Assembly (NCBI GenBank): GCA_041499965.1
Contig: JBGQLG010000008.1
Location: 6,360 to 70,359 of the forward strand
Reading direction: 5' to 3'
Source: Candidatus Methylomirabilia bacterium
Lineage (GTDB): Bacteria; Methylomirabilota; Methylomirabilia; Rokubacteriales; CSP1-6
DNA length: 64,000 nucleotides
Shown: in pieces, positions 20,993-30,237 of the stretch
Layout of the letters: the number at the start of each line of letters is the position of its first letter
Position numbering within the stretch: position 1 is the first letter of the stretch
The notes under the pieces: model-generated
Databases searched by the model: none
What the model was told of the DNA's origin: nothing
Seen by the model: the letters and a program-made list of their open reading frames with translations, nothing else
Position numbers and translations under genes: made by a program

Positions 20993-21693
20993 GCGATCGC
21001 TTCGACGAGTCCTCCGACGAAACGCTGGGCCGCCGGCTGTCCGGCGAGCTCCGGCGCTACACCGCGCCTCCGCGCCTGCGGGTGACGATCCTCGACGCGG
21101 CCTCGCCGCCGCGCCGGCGCCCGGCCTGGCTGGCCCCGCTGCTGGCCGCGGCCGCCACCACCATGCTGGTGGCGCTCGTCGTCCTGCCGGTGCTGCCGCG
21201 CGTCGTGCCGGCCGACCCGGTCGACCGCTACATGCGGGCCGTGGTGAGCGAGCACGCGCGCACGCTCATGTGGGGCGCCCGGCACAGCGAGATCCTGCCG
21301 GCGGCGCTGCCCTGGCTCACGCAGGAGTCGGGCATCGCGCTGCCCCAGGTGTTCGTGGGCGACGAGCGGCTGGAGTTCGTCGCCGCCGAGCCGGTCTATC
21401 TCGAGCGCCAGCGTGGCGTCGCCATCCACTACCGCGACGTCGACGGCCACATGCTCACCTACATCGCCTTGCCGGCTGCCGCCGGCCTGACGATCCCCGA
21501 ACCCAACCGCGTGCAGATCGGTCGCTGGCGGCCGGCGTTGCTGCGCGACAGCGGGTTCGCGGCGTGGGTGTGGAAGCAGAAAGACGTCGCGTGCTTCCTC
21601 ATCTCGGACATGGTCTCGGCGGATGACGTCGAGACGTTCAAGGAATACTTCGCGCGCGTCCGCGCAACGACCGAACCCGTTCCCGCCTACTAG
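20989..21693 (+). CDS. Putative membrane anti-sigma factor
   Basis: ATGA-coupled to the sigma gene. It has one TM helix (WLAPLLAAAATTMLVALVVL) and a ~150-aa outer domain. No zf-HC2 motif was seen. Confidence 0.55.
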   Translation: MSDRFDESSDETLGRRLSGELRRYTAPPRLRVTILDAASPPRRRPAWLAPLLAAAATTMLVALVVLPVLPRVVPADPVDRYMRAVVSEHARTLMWGARHSEILPAALPWLTQESGIALPQVFVGDERLEFVAAEPVYLERQRGVAIHYRDVDGHMLTYIALPAAAGLTIPEPNRVQIGRWRPALLRDSGFAAWVWKQKDVACFLISDMVSADDVETFKEYFARVRATTEPVPAY

Positions 21694-21714
21694 CTCGTTC
21701 TCCAGGCCACCGCT

Positions 21715-21948
21715 CCGCGTCGCCGGCTCGGGCGTGGGCGGCGCGCGTGGCGCGGGGCCTGGCCGGCTCGCCACTGCCCCTCGTCCTCGCGGCCAGCCTT
21801 GCGTTGCGCGGGCGGGTTGATCGATCCGCGTACTCCGAGCGCGACCCTCCACGCGTTTCGCGGTGCGGCCTACGGCTGCGGGCGAGAGGCAATGGCTCGC
21901 CCGCCACCCGCGCCACGCGCGCCGCCCATGCCCGGGCCGGCGACGCGG
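21715..21948. repeat. Nested inverted-repeat element related to family A (41-nt arms 21715-21755 / 21908-21948), lacking the C/G-tract core
   Basis: The arms are complementary with 2 mismatches. The arm shares GGCTCGGGCGTGGG with the arm of 61815-62093. It starts 21 nt after the anti-sigma stop. Confidence 0.75.
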
Positions 21949-22118
21949 GCGCTCGCGTGTCGTCGGCGATCATGGAGCGACCCAGGCTCGAATCGACCGG
22001 CCGGCGGCGTTGGACCCTTCGGCGTCGGCCGGGACGGCGCTCTACTTTGGCGTCGGCGCCGGTGTTGCTGCGTGCCGCGGCCGTGAAGGCGCCGGGCTAC
22101 GTTCGGCGCGGCCCTGCG

Positions 22119-22622
22119 TTACTTGCGGGGGCGGCGGGCGGCGAGAATCAGGTTGCAGATTTCGCGGAGGGCGCCGTGGCCGGGTTTGGCGCGGGTGATG
22201 TAGGTGGCGGCGCGGCGGACCTCGGGGACGGCGTCAGCGACGGCGACGGCCAGGCCGACGGCGCGCATCGCGGGGAGGTCGCCGAGGTCGTCGCCGACGT
22301 AGCAGACGGTCGTGGGGTCGAGGTGGTGGCGGGCGACGAGGTCGGCGATGGCCTGGGCCTTGTCGGTGACGTTCTGGTGGACCTCGGCGATGCCGAGGTC
22401 GCGCGCGCGGCGGGTGACGATGGTCGTCTGCTTGCGCGTGACGATGGCGGTCAGCACGCCGGCCTCGCGCAGGAGCACGAGGCCCTGGCCGTCGCGGACG
22501 TCGAAGCGCTTGAGCTCGTCCCCGTTCTCGGTGTAGTAGAGACCGCCGTCGGTGAGGACGCCGTCCACGTCGGTGACGAGCGCGCGGACGGCGGCCCAGC
22601 GCGGCCGGCGGGCGGGGCTCAC
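22119..22622 (-). CDS. HAD-IIIA phosphatase, KdsC-like (3-deoxy-ulosonate phosphate phosphatase family)
   Basis: GTGA overlap. Motifs LVTDVDGVLTDG, AIVTRK and YVGDDLGD. 167 aa. Confidence 0.8.
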   Translation of the reverse strand: MSPARRPRWAAVRALVTDVDGVLTDGGLYYTENGDELKRFDVRDGQGLVLLREAGVLTAIVTRKQTTIVTRRARDLGIAEVHQNVTDKAQAIADLVARHHLDPTTVCYVGDDLGDLPAMRAVGLAVAVADAVPEVRRAATYITRAKPGHGALREICNLILAARRPRK

Positions 22623-23887
22623 GCGCCGGCCCCGCCCGGGCCGGGCCCGGGGTCGAGCGCGAACGGCAGCGCCATGAAGGCCAGGGCGACGAGCAGCACC
22701 TCGGTGTCGCCGAAGTTGTACTCGAAGAGCCCGCCGACGAGAAACGTCACGACGGCGGCCAGCGAGCCGAGCACGAGCGCGCGATCGGCCGCCGCCGCGG
22801 CCGGCAGCCGCCGCAGCACCGCGAGGCCGCGCGCGAGGCACGCCACGAAGATCCACAGCCACGCCACCAGGCCGAGCACCCCGCGTTCGACCGTGATCTG
22901 CAGCGGCGTGTTGTGCAGGTGGCTGGTGGAGTGTCGCAGGGCCTCGGGGGTCGCCACGCTCGGGTAGACGCGCTTGACCTGGCCGGGCCCGATGCCCGTC
23001 AGTGGATGCTCGAGCACGAGCCGCCGGCCCGCGGCCAGCATCGCCAGCCGGTCGCGGGTCGTGTCGTCAGCGGCGCTGCCGATCGTTCGCACGCGTGCGC
23101 CCACGCCGGGCAGGGCCACCAGCACCGCGGCGACCAGCAGCACCAGCGCGATGGCGGCGACGACGCCGCGCCGGCCCAGGCCGGCCAGCGCGGCCAGCGC
23201 CCCCACCACGAAGCCGAGCCACGCTCCGCGCACGTAGGTGAGGGCCAGGGCGGCCCCGCTCACGAGCCAGACGGGGGCGAGCCACCACGCCTCCGCGCGC
23301 AGTCGGGCCAGCCGCGGCAGCGTCGCCGTCAGGGCCAGCGCCAGGATCCCCGCCAGCGTCATGTAGATGCTGTAGAAGCCGCGGGCGCGCGTGCACTTGC
23401 GCAGGAAGTTCTCCATCAGCGTCGTGCCGTGGGCGACGGCCTCGGGGCCCGGGCACGCGGCCACCTGCGCGATCCCGGCCACCGCCGCCCCGGCGAGGGC
23501 CAGGACCAGCCAGGTCGCGAAGCGCCGCGCCGTCGCGGCGTCCGGCAGCGCCGTGGCGATCACGAACAGCGCCGCCAGGTCCAGCAGGCCCTTGCAGGCG
23601 GCGAGGCTCTCCAGCGGGCGCGCGGAGGCCAGCGCGGCCAGCACGCTGCAGGCCGCAAAGGCCGCGACGGGCCCCAGCAGCGGCATTCGCAGCGCCACGC
23701 CCCGCCCCGTCCGCCACGCCAGCAGCAGCCACGCCGCCAGCGCCGCCAGCGTGATCTGACTCACCGAGATCGAGAACGCCAGCCCGAAGACCAGCGCCAC
23801 CAGCAGGAACGTCCGCGTCGAATGCAGCCAATCCCACGCGCCGATAGCGACGCCCGGGCTCACACTGGCCGGACGCGTGGAACTCAC
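22619..23887 (-). CDS. O-antigen ligase / Wzy_C-domain membrane protein
   Basis: 422 aa with about 10-12 TM helices. The conserved loop is LRHSTSHLHNTPLQITVERGVLGL. Confidence 0.8.
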   Translation of the reverse strand: MSSTRPASVSPGVAIGAWDWLHSTRTFLLVALVFGLAFSISVSQITLAALAAWLLLAWRTGRGVALRMPLLGPVAAFAACSVLAALASARPLESLAACKGLLDLAALFVIATALPDAATARRFATWLVLALAGAAVAGIAQVAACPGPEAVAHGTTLMENFLRKCTRARGFYSIYMTLAGILALALTATLPRLARLRAEAWWLAPVWLVSGAALALTYVRGAWLGFVVGALAALAGLGRRGVVAAIALVLLVAAVLVALPGVGARVRTIGSAADDTTRDRLAMLAAGRRLVLEHPLTGIGPGQVKRVYPSVATPEALRHSTSHLHNTPLQITVERGVLGLVAWLWIFVACLARGLAVLRRLPAAAAADRALVLGSLAAVVTFLVGGLFEYNFGDTEVLLVALAFMALPFALDPGPGPGGAGA

Positions 23888-23951
23888 GGCTGTCCGGCTC
23901 CGCCGGTGGGAGGCGTCGGGGGGAGCGGTGGTCGCTCCCCCCGACCTCCAC

Positions 23952-25340
23952 CTAATACGCGTTGCGGTTGCGGAACCCGAGCCACAGGGTCCGGAGGAGG
24001 ATCGAGAGATCGAAGGCCAGCGACCAGCGGGCGATGTATTCGAGGTCGTACTCGATGCGCTTCTCGATCGAGGTGTTGCCGCGCCAGCCGTTGATCTGGG
24101 CCCAGCCGGTGATCCCCGCTTTCATCTTGTGGCGCAGCATGTAGCCGGGCACGCGCCGGCGAAACTCCTCGACGAAGCTCGGGCGCTCGGGTCGCGGTCC
24201 CACCAGGCTCATGTCGCCGCGCAGCACGTTGACGAGCTGCGGCAGCTCGTCCAGGCTCCACGCGCGCAAGAAGGCGCCCACCCGCGTGCGGCGCGGGTCG
24301 TCGAGCACGGCCCACTGGGGACCGGACTCGGCCTCGGCGTCCCGGCGCATGGTGCGGAACTTCAGCATGCGGAAGCGGCGGCCGTCCAGTCCCATCCGCT
24401 CCTGCCGGAAGAGGATCGGCCGGCCCGAGGTCATCGCCACCGCGGCGGCGACGAAGGCCATCGGCAGCAGCGCCACCGCGAGGGCAGCGGTCCCGAGCAC
24501 CAGGTCGAGCGAGCGCTTGAGCACGCGGTTCCAGCCGTAGAGCGGCGACTCGCGCAGGTGGATGAAGGCGATCGACTCGAACTCCTCCACCCCGCCCCGC
24601 AGCGAGGCCAGGTTGAGCAGGTCGGGCACGAAGTGGATGTCGACCGGCTCGTCGCCGATCTCGTTGAGCACCGTGCTCAGTCGCGGATACTCGCTGTGGG
24701 GCAGCGCGATGATCACGATGTCCACCTGCCGCGTGGTCAGCACGGAGCGGATCTCCTCGATCCCGCCCAGCCAGCGTACCGGACTGCCCTCGCTCTCCTG
24801 CTTGTCGCTGAGCAGACCCAGGAGCTGAATGCCGGTGTCGGGGCGACGGCGCAGCACGCGCAGCACCTCGGCGGCCGGCTCGCCGCCGCCCACCACGACC
24901 GCGTAGCGCTGGTTGTAGCCGCGCCGGCGGGCGAATCGCAGGATCTCCCGAAAGGCCGCGCGGGAGAAGCTGACGCTCACGATCGACGCCACCCAGAACA
25001 TGAGGATGACGAGCCGCGAGTAGTCGTAGCCGTGAAAGAGGAACGTCATGACGGCCACGAGGACGAGGACGCCGAGGGTGGAGGCCTTGGCGATGTCGAA
25101 CCACTCGGACAGGTGCGAGCCCAGCCGGTTCGGCCGGTAGAGGTCGAACGTCTTGTAGGCGATGAACCACACGACGAGGATCGGCACGAGTTGCAGCGTG
25201 TAGTCCGAGAAGGGCGGGATGTCGCCGCGCCGGAACAGGCCGAAGCGCACGGCGTAGGCGCCGAGCCAGCACACCGCGATCAGCACGAGGTCGGTCGCCA
25301 GGGCCAGTTGCTCGAACAACCGCGAGTGGGCCTTCAGCAT
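23952..25340 (-). CDS. Initiating polyprenyl-phosphate hexose-1-phosphate transferase (WcaJ/WbaP-type PGT)
   Basis: N-terminal TM helices, a central Rossmann-like region, and a C-terminal sugar-transferase domain (MLKFRTM, LVGPRPERP, ITGWAQING). Confidence 0.9.
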   Translation of the reverse strand: MLKAHSRLFEQLALATDLVLIAVCWLGAYAVRFGLFRRGDIPPFSDYTLQLVPILVVWFIAYKTFDLYRPNRLGSHLSEWFDIAKASTLGVLVLVAVMTFLFHGYDYSRLVILMFWVASIVSVSFSRAAFREILRFARRRGYNQRYAVVVGGGEPAAEVLRVLRRRPDTGIQLLGLLSDKQESEGSPVRWLGGIEEIRSVLTTRQVDIVIIALPHSEYPRLSTVLNEIGDEPVDIHFVPDLLNLASLRGGVEEFESIAFIHLRESPLYGWNRVLKRSLDLVLGTAALAVALLPMAFVAAAVAMTSGRPILFRQERMGLDGRRFRMLKFRTMRRDAEAESGPQWAVLDDPRRTRVGAFLRAWSLDELPQLVNVLRGDMSLVGPRPERPSFVEEFRRRVPGYMLRHKMKAGITGWAQINGWRGNTSIEKRIEYDLEYIARWSLAFDLSILLRTLWLGFRNRNAY

Positions 25341-26578
25341 GCCGCCCCCGCCTGGAACGCCCGCCAGCGCTCCTGCACGAACTCGCCCAGGCGGCGCGCG
25401 AAGCGCGGCCGGTCGAACTGCGCGGCCCGCGCGCGCAGGGCCCGGGGCTCGAAGCGGCCGGCGCTGGCCTCGAACGTGGTGATCGCCGCGGCCAGCGCGT
25501 CCACCGTCGGCTCGGGGAAGAAGACGGCGGTCGGCGGCTCGGAGCCGTCGAGGCCGATCATCGTCTCCAGCGCGCCGCCGCGGGCCAGCGCGATGGTGGG
25601 GCGTCCGGCGGCCGCCGCCTCCAGCGGCACGATGCCGTAGTCCTCCACCGAGGGGAAGAGCACCGCCCGGCAGCGCGCGTAGAGCTCGGCCACCTCGGCG
25701 TCGGGGCGCCAGCCCAGGAACGTCACGCCCGGCCCGGCCAGCGCGCGCAGCCGCGCCTCCTGGGACCCGGTGCCGACCACGACGAGCCGGCGGCCGAGCC
25801 GGCCGGCCGCCGCCACCGCGAGGTCCACGCGCTTGTAGGGCACCAGCGCCGAGACCACCAGGTAGTAGTCGTCGACCGCCTCCGCGATGCAGAAGCGCGC
25901 CACGTCGACGGGCGGGTGGATGACCTGCGAGGCGCGGCCGTACACGCGGCGGATGCGATCGGCGATGTGATGCGAGATCGCCACGAACGCGTCGACGCCC
26001 TGCGTGCGCCGGTCCCAGCGCCGGAGCGCGGCGGCCACCGGCGGCAGCGCGGCCCGCGTGAGCCAGCCGGCGCCCTGCGTGTAGTCGGCTTCCAGGTCCC
26101 ACACGTAGCGCATCGGCGTGAAACAGTAGCAGAGGTGCAGCGCGCCGGCCGGAACGCGGACCGCCTTGGCCACGCAGTGGCTCAGCGACAGCACGAGGTC
26201 GTAGCCGTCCAGCGCCAGCCCGCGCACGGCGGCCGGGAACAGCGGCAGGTAGTAACGGTAGCGCGTCGCGGCCCCGGGCAACCGCTGCACGAACGAGGTG
26301 ACGATGCGTCGGCGCTCGATCACCGGGCTCACGCTGCCGGGGACGTGCAGGAGCGTGAAGAGCGGCGCGTCGGGAAACAGCTCGCAGGCGACCTCCAGGC
26401 AGCGCTCACCGCCCCGCATGCCGGTGAGCCAGTCGTGCACCAGGGCCACGCGGGGCCCGGCCGACGCCGACGATCGGCCGCCGGGCTCGCTCAGCGCGAG
26501 CGCAGGGGGAGGCGCGGTCGCCAATTCCCGAGGAGGTCGACGAGCGTCTGGTACTCGGCGAGGTGCATCGCCGGCCAT
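25334..26578 (-). CDS. Glycosyltransferase family 4
   Basis: VALVHDWLTGMRGGE N-terminal region and EX7E region PSVEDYGIVPLEAAAAG. The start is uncertain (ATG 26578 or GTG 26449). Confidence 0.8.
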   Translation of the reverse strand: MAGDAPRRVPDARRPPRELATAPPPALALSEPGGRSSASAGPRVALVHDWLTGMRGGERCLEVACELFPDAPLFTLLHVPGSVSPVIERRRIVTSFVQRLPGAATRYRYYLPLFPAAVRGLALDGYDLVLSLSHCVAKAVRVPAGALHLCYCFTPMRYVWDLEADYTQGAGWLTRAALPPVAAALRRWDRRTQGVDAFVAISHHIADRIRRVYGRASQVIHPPVDVARFCIAEAVDDYYLVVSALVPYKRVDLAVAAAGRLGRRLVVVGTGSQEARLRALAGPGVTFLGWRPDAEVAELYARCRAVLFPSVEDYGIVPLEAAAAGRPTIALARGGALETMIGLDGSEPPTAVFFPEPTVDALAAAITTFEASAGRFEPRALRARAAQFDRPRFARRLGEFVQERWRAFQAGAAC

Positions 26579-26582
26579 ACTA

Positions 26583-27689
26583 CTACACCCCCAGGACCTC
26601 CCTGTAGACGCCGTCCAGCGCCGCCAGCATGCCGCGGACGTCGAATTCGCTGCGGGCGCGCGTGCGATTCTCGGCGCCCAGCCGCGCGCGCAGGCCGGCG
26701 TCACCCAGCACCGCGGTCAGGGCCCCCGCGACGGCCTCGGGGGTGGCGGCCACCAGGCCGGCGGAGTCCTCGCCGAGCACCTCGCGGTGGGCGGAGATGT
26801 CGCTGGCGACGACCGGCAGGCCGAGCGCCATCGCCTCCACCACCGCCAGCGGCAACCCCTCCTTGCGGGCCGGCGACGCGAACACGTCGAAGGCCGGGAA
26901 CAGCCGCGCCGCCTCGGGCACTTCGCCGGCGAAGCGCACGCGCGCGGTGATCCTCAGCGCCGCGGCCAGCGCCCGCAGGCGCGCGGCCTCCGGCCCGTCA
27001 CCGATGAGCGCGAGCGTGACGGCCGGCGCCAGCGCCGCCGCGCGCAGGAGCACGTCGAGTCGCTTGACCTCGTCCAGGCGCGCCGCGCAGCCCACCACGG
27101 CCCCGGCCGCGCCGAGGCCGAGCGCCTCGCGCGCCTCGCCGCGGGTGAGCGCGGCGGCGGTGAGGCGGGCCACGTCGACGCCGTTGAGGATCACGCGGCT
27201 CTGGCCGGCGGTGAACAGGCCGAGCGCGAGCCCCTCGCGCTCCTGCGCGCGCGAGACGTTGACGACGATGCGCGTGGCGGCCGACAGCCGGCGCTCCAGC
27301 GCCAGGTAGGCGACGCGGGCCGGCGCCGGGTAGCGCTCGTAGTGGATCCCGTGCAGGGTGTGGACGGCCGGGACGCCGGCCAGCCGGGCACCGATCCGCC
27401 CGTGGACGCCGGCGCCCTTGCCGTGGGAGTGCACCAGGCGCACGCCGCGCGCGCGGATCAGCCGGACGAGGCGCAGGAGCGTGCGCGGATCGAGGCGGTC
27501 CGTGCGCAGCATCTCGGTCTCCACGCCGGCCGCCCGGAACTGCTCGAACAGGGGACCGTCGGCCGGCCCGGCCACGATCGAGCGCCAGCCGTGCGCGCGC
27601 AGGCCGCGCGCTACGGCCAAGACGTGCTGCGGCCCGCCGCCGGCCCGGGTGGAGACCAGGAGCTGCAGGACCGGGATCGGCTCCGTCAC
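26583..27689 (-). CDS. Glycosyltransferase family 4
   Basis: GTGA overlap with the upstream gene. GT-B fold with ARKEGLPLAVVEAMALGLPVV. Confidence 0.85.
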   Translation of the reverse strand: MTEPIPVLQLLVSTRAGGGPQHVLAVARGLRAHGWRSIVAGPADGPLFEQFRAAGVETEMLRTDRLDPRTLLRLVRLIRARGVRLVHSHGKGAGVHGRIGARLAGVPAVHTLHGIHYERYPAPARVAYLALERRLSAATRIVVNVSRAQEREGLALGLFTAGQSRVILNGVDVARLTAAALTRGEAREALGLGAAGAVVGCAARLDEVKRLDVLLRAAALAPAVTLALIGDGPEAARLRALAAALRITARVRFAGEVPEAARLFPAFDVFASPARKEGLPLAVVEAMALGLPVVASDISAHREVLGEDSAGLVAATPEAVAGALTAVLGDAGLRARLGAENRTRARSEFDVRGMLAALDGVYREVLGV

Positions 27690-28495
27690 GCGCGCGATCC
27701 GGCCACCGCCGCGCGCACGGCGCGCCGCAGCGGCCGCGGCAGCGCCAGCGCCAGCATCGGCCGCAGCGCGAACAGCGCGCACCACGGGGGATAGGCGCCG
27801 CGCGCCACCGCGCGCCAGCGTACGCGCGCCTCCGTGCGCAGACGGTCCTCCTCGCGCTCGACCGAGACGCGCCCCGCGCCGAGCCGTCGCTCCACCAGCA
27901 CCTCGGAGAGGTTGGCCAGCCGCGTGAGGCCGGCCAGCCGCATCCACAGCTCGTAGTCCTGGGCGACCGCCAGCGTCTCGTCGTAGCCGCCGGCGCGCGC
28001 CAGCAGGGCCCGGCGCAGCATCACGGAGGAGTGCACGAACGGGTTGGCGCGGATCAGCGCGCGGCGGAGCGCGGCGTCGTCCACCGGAGGCCGGACGACG
28101 CGCACCGCGACGCCGCCGCCGTCGACCTCGCGGGCGGCGGTGCCGAGCAGCCCCACCTCGGGGTGCGCGGCCAGGAAGGCGCGCTGCCGCGCGAGGCGCT
28201 CCGGCAGCGCCGTGTCGTCGGCGTCGAGCCGGGCGACGAGATCGGCGCGGGCGACGCCGAGGGCCCGGTTGAGCGCGCGCGTGAGCCCGGTGCGCGACTG
28301 GCGCTCCAGGCGCAGTCGCGGATCGGTGACGGCCGCGAGCAGGCCGGGCGTGGCGTCGGTGGAGCCGTCGTCGACGACGATCAGCTCGAGGTCCCCGTCG
28401 GTCTGGGCGAGCACGCTGGCCACCGCCTGGGCGATCCAGGGGGCGCCGTTGTACACGGACATCAGCACGGAGACGGCCGGGGTGGGCCCGCTCAC
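27686..28495 (-). CDS. Glycosyltransferase family 2
   Basis: N-terminus VSVLMSVYNGAPWIAQAV...ELIVVDDGSTD. GTGA overlaps at both ends. Confidence 0.85.
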   Translation of the reverse strand: MSGPTPAVSVLMSVYNGAPWIAQAVASVLAQTDGDLELIVVDDGSTDATPGLLAAVTDPRLRLERQSRTGLTRALNRALGVARADLVARLDADDTALPERLARQRAFLAAHPEVGLLGTAAREVDGGGVAVRVVRPPVDDAALRRALIRANPFVHSSVMLRRALLARAGGYDETLAVAQDYELWMRLAGLTRLANLSEVLVERRLGAGRVSVEREEDRLRTEARVRWRAVARGAYPPWCALFALRPMLALALPRPLRRAVRAAVAGSRA

Positions 28496-29430
28496 GCGAG
28501 CTTACGGAAGACGAGATTCAGGTACGGCAGCGCCAGCGACGGCGGGCGGCCCAGCACCTGGAGCGCGCGGGCGGCGACGGTGAAGACGGGCCACGCGGCG
28601 CGGCGCGCGCGGGAGCGGGCGGTGTCGCGAAAGAAGCGCCAGCCGTAGCCGCTCTCCTCGGTGACGTCGACGAGGCCAGCGCGGCCCCCCGAGGGCAGGC
28701 AGTCGGCCAGGGTGGCGTTGCGCCAGCCGGTGCCGTCGGCGACGAACTCCTCGAAGCTCACCGCGCCGTAGGTGCGTGGCCGGCCCAGCCGCGCGTAGCG
28801 CCAGGCCAGCGCCGGCGGCAGCCACTGCACCAGCGGCAGGCCGACCGAGTGCGTCTCCAGCGGGAACCAGCGATTGGGCGTGTCGAGGATCGCGATGTGG
28901 CCGCCGGGCGCCAGGACGCGGTAGTGCTCGTCGACCTGGGCGCGCCGCCAGCGCGCCGGCAGGTGCTCGACGACGCCGACCGCCAGCACCAGGTCGAAGG
29001 CGCCGTCGGGCCACGGCAGGCGCCGGGTGGCGTCCTGGTCGAGATGGCGCACGTCACGCACCACGGCCAGTCCCAGCTCCTCGACCTTCGCGCGGGTGAG
29101 CTCGACGAAGGCAAGATCGGTATCGAAGGTCGTGAGGGCCGCCACCTCGGGCTGCTCGGCCAGGTACTCCGTCATGTGACCGAACGAGCAGCCGATCTCG
29201 AGTACGCGCAGCCCGGCGGCGCCGCGCGCCCGGAGGTACGCGAAGAGCGGGGCCAGGAAGCGGCGGCCGCGCGTCTCCTTGAAGTCGAAGTAGAGCGGGG
29301 CGCGGCGGGCGCCCTTGCGCGCGATCAGCATCTCGATGATGCGCGTGCTGTAACGGGTCGGGTCCTGGCGGCCGCCGGCCTCGAGCACGCGGCGATCGCC
29401 GAGATCCACGATGCGAAAGCCCTCGGCCAT
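28492..29430 (-). CDS. Class I SAM-dependent methyltransferase
   Basis: Motif I is VLEIGCSFGHM. The post-I acidic residue and LAPGGHIAIL are present. Confidence 0.8.
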   Translation of the reverse strand: MAEGFRIVDLGDRRVLEAGGRQDPTRYSTRIIEMLIARKGARRAPLYFDFKETRGRRFLAPLFAYLRARGAAGLRVLEIGCSFGHMTEYLAEQPEVAALTTFDTDLAFVELTRAKVEELGLAVVRDVRHLDQDATRRLPWPDGAFDLVLAVGVVEHLPARWRRAQVDEHYRVLAPGGHIAILDTPNRWFPLETHSVGLPLVQWLPPALAWRYARLGRPRTYGAVSFEEFVADGTGWRNATLADCLPSGGRAGLVDVTEESGYGWRFFRDTARSRARRAAWPVFTVAARALQVLGRPPSLALPYLNLVFRKLA

Positions 29431-29444
29431 CGGCGCCTATCCTG

Positions 29445-30236
29445 TCACGCCCGGCGGGCGACGACGAGCAGCATGTGACCGAGCAGGCGCAGCGCCGGCG
29501 GGCTGTACAGCGCCCGCCGCGCGAGGCCGCCCAGCCATCCGCGGCGTCGAGCGTCGACCGGGCCGGCCCGCCCTCCACCGCCCGCCGCCCGCCTCGATCG
29601 CCGCACGGCGCGGAGGGCCGTGCGCAGCACGCGCGCGGGATCGTAGGGGTGGGCGGCGTGCGAGACGAAGCCGTGGCGGCGCAGCGCGGTCACGAGCTCG
29701 CCGCGGGTGAACGCGTACTGGTAGAACGTGCCGCCCCCGCGCGCCAGGGCGGCCTGGCGCCGGCGGATCCACGGCCCGCCCAGCCGGCGGACACCGTTGA
29801 GGTACGGCACCGAGATCACCAGCACGCCGCCCGGCGCCAGGACACGCCGCGCCTCGGCCAGGATCGCGTCGGGTCCCTCGGGATCGTGCTCGACCACGCC
29901 GAGCGAGACGTAGGCGGCCACCGCCCCGCTGCGGATCGCCAGCGCGCGCAGGTCGCCGACGGCCAGCGGCACCGCGGCCACGCGGCGGCACGCCGCCAGC
30001 GCCTCCACGCTGCCGTCCACGCCGGCCGCCCGCCAGCCGCGCTCGCGCAGCAGGATCACGTACTGGCCCAGCCCGCAGCCGGCCTCGAGCACGAGACCGC
30101 TCGGCGGCAGCGCGTCGGTGATCAGCGTCGTCAGCGGCGAGACGCGGGCGACGGCCAGCAGCTCGTCCACCGTGTGGCCGCCCCAGTGCTCGGTCCAGAA
30201 GTCCTCGCGCGCGCGCAGCGAGTAGTACGTGAGCAC
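29445..30236 (-). CDS. Class I SAM-dependent methyltransferase
   Basis: Motif I is VLEAGCGLGQY, with LAPGGVLVISVP. GTG 30236 lies 1 nt after the upstream stop. Confidence 0.8.
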   Translation of the reverse strand: MLTYYSLRAREDFWTEHWGGHTVDELLAVARVSPLTTLITDALPPSGLVLEAGCGLGQYVILLRERGWRAAGVDGSVEALAACRRVAAVPLAVGDLRALAIRSGAVAAYVSLGVVEHDPEGPDAILAEARRVLAPGGVLVISVPYLNGVRRLGGPWIRRRQAALARGGGTFYQYAFTRGELVTALRRHGFVSHAAHPYDPARVLRTALRAVRRSRRAAGGGGRAGPVDARRRGWLGGLARRALYSPPALRLLGHMLLVVARRA

Positions 30237-30237
30237 G

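Noticed and set aside
21960-22010. tRNA-like T-loop sequence (GGCTCGAATCGACC).
   Set aside because: The flanking sequence cannot form T-stem, anticodon or acceptor stems, so there is no cloverleaf.
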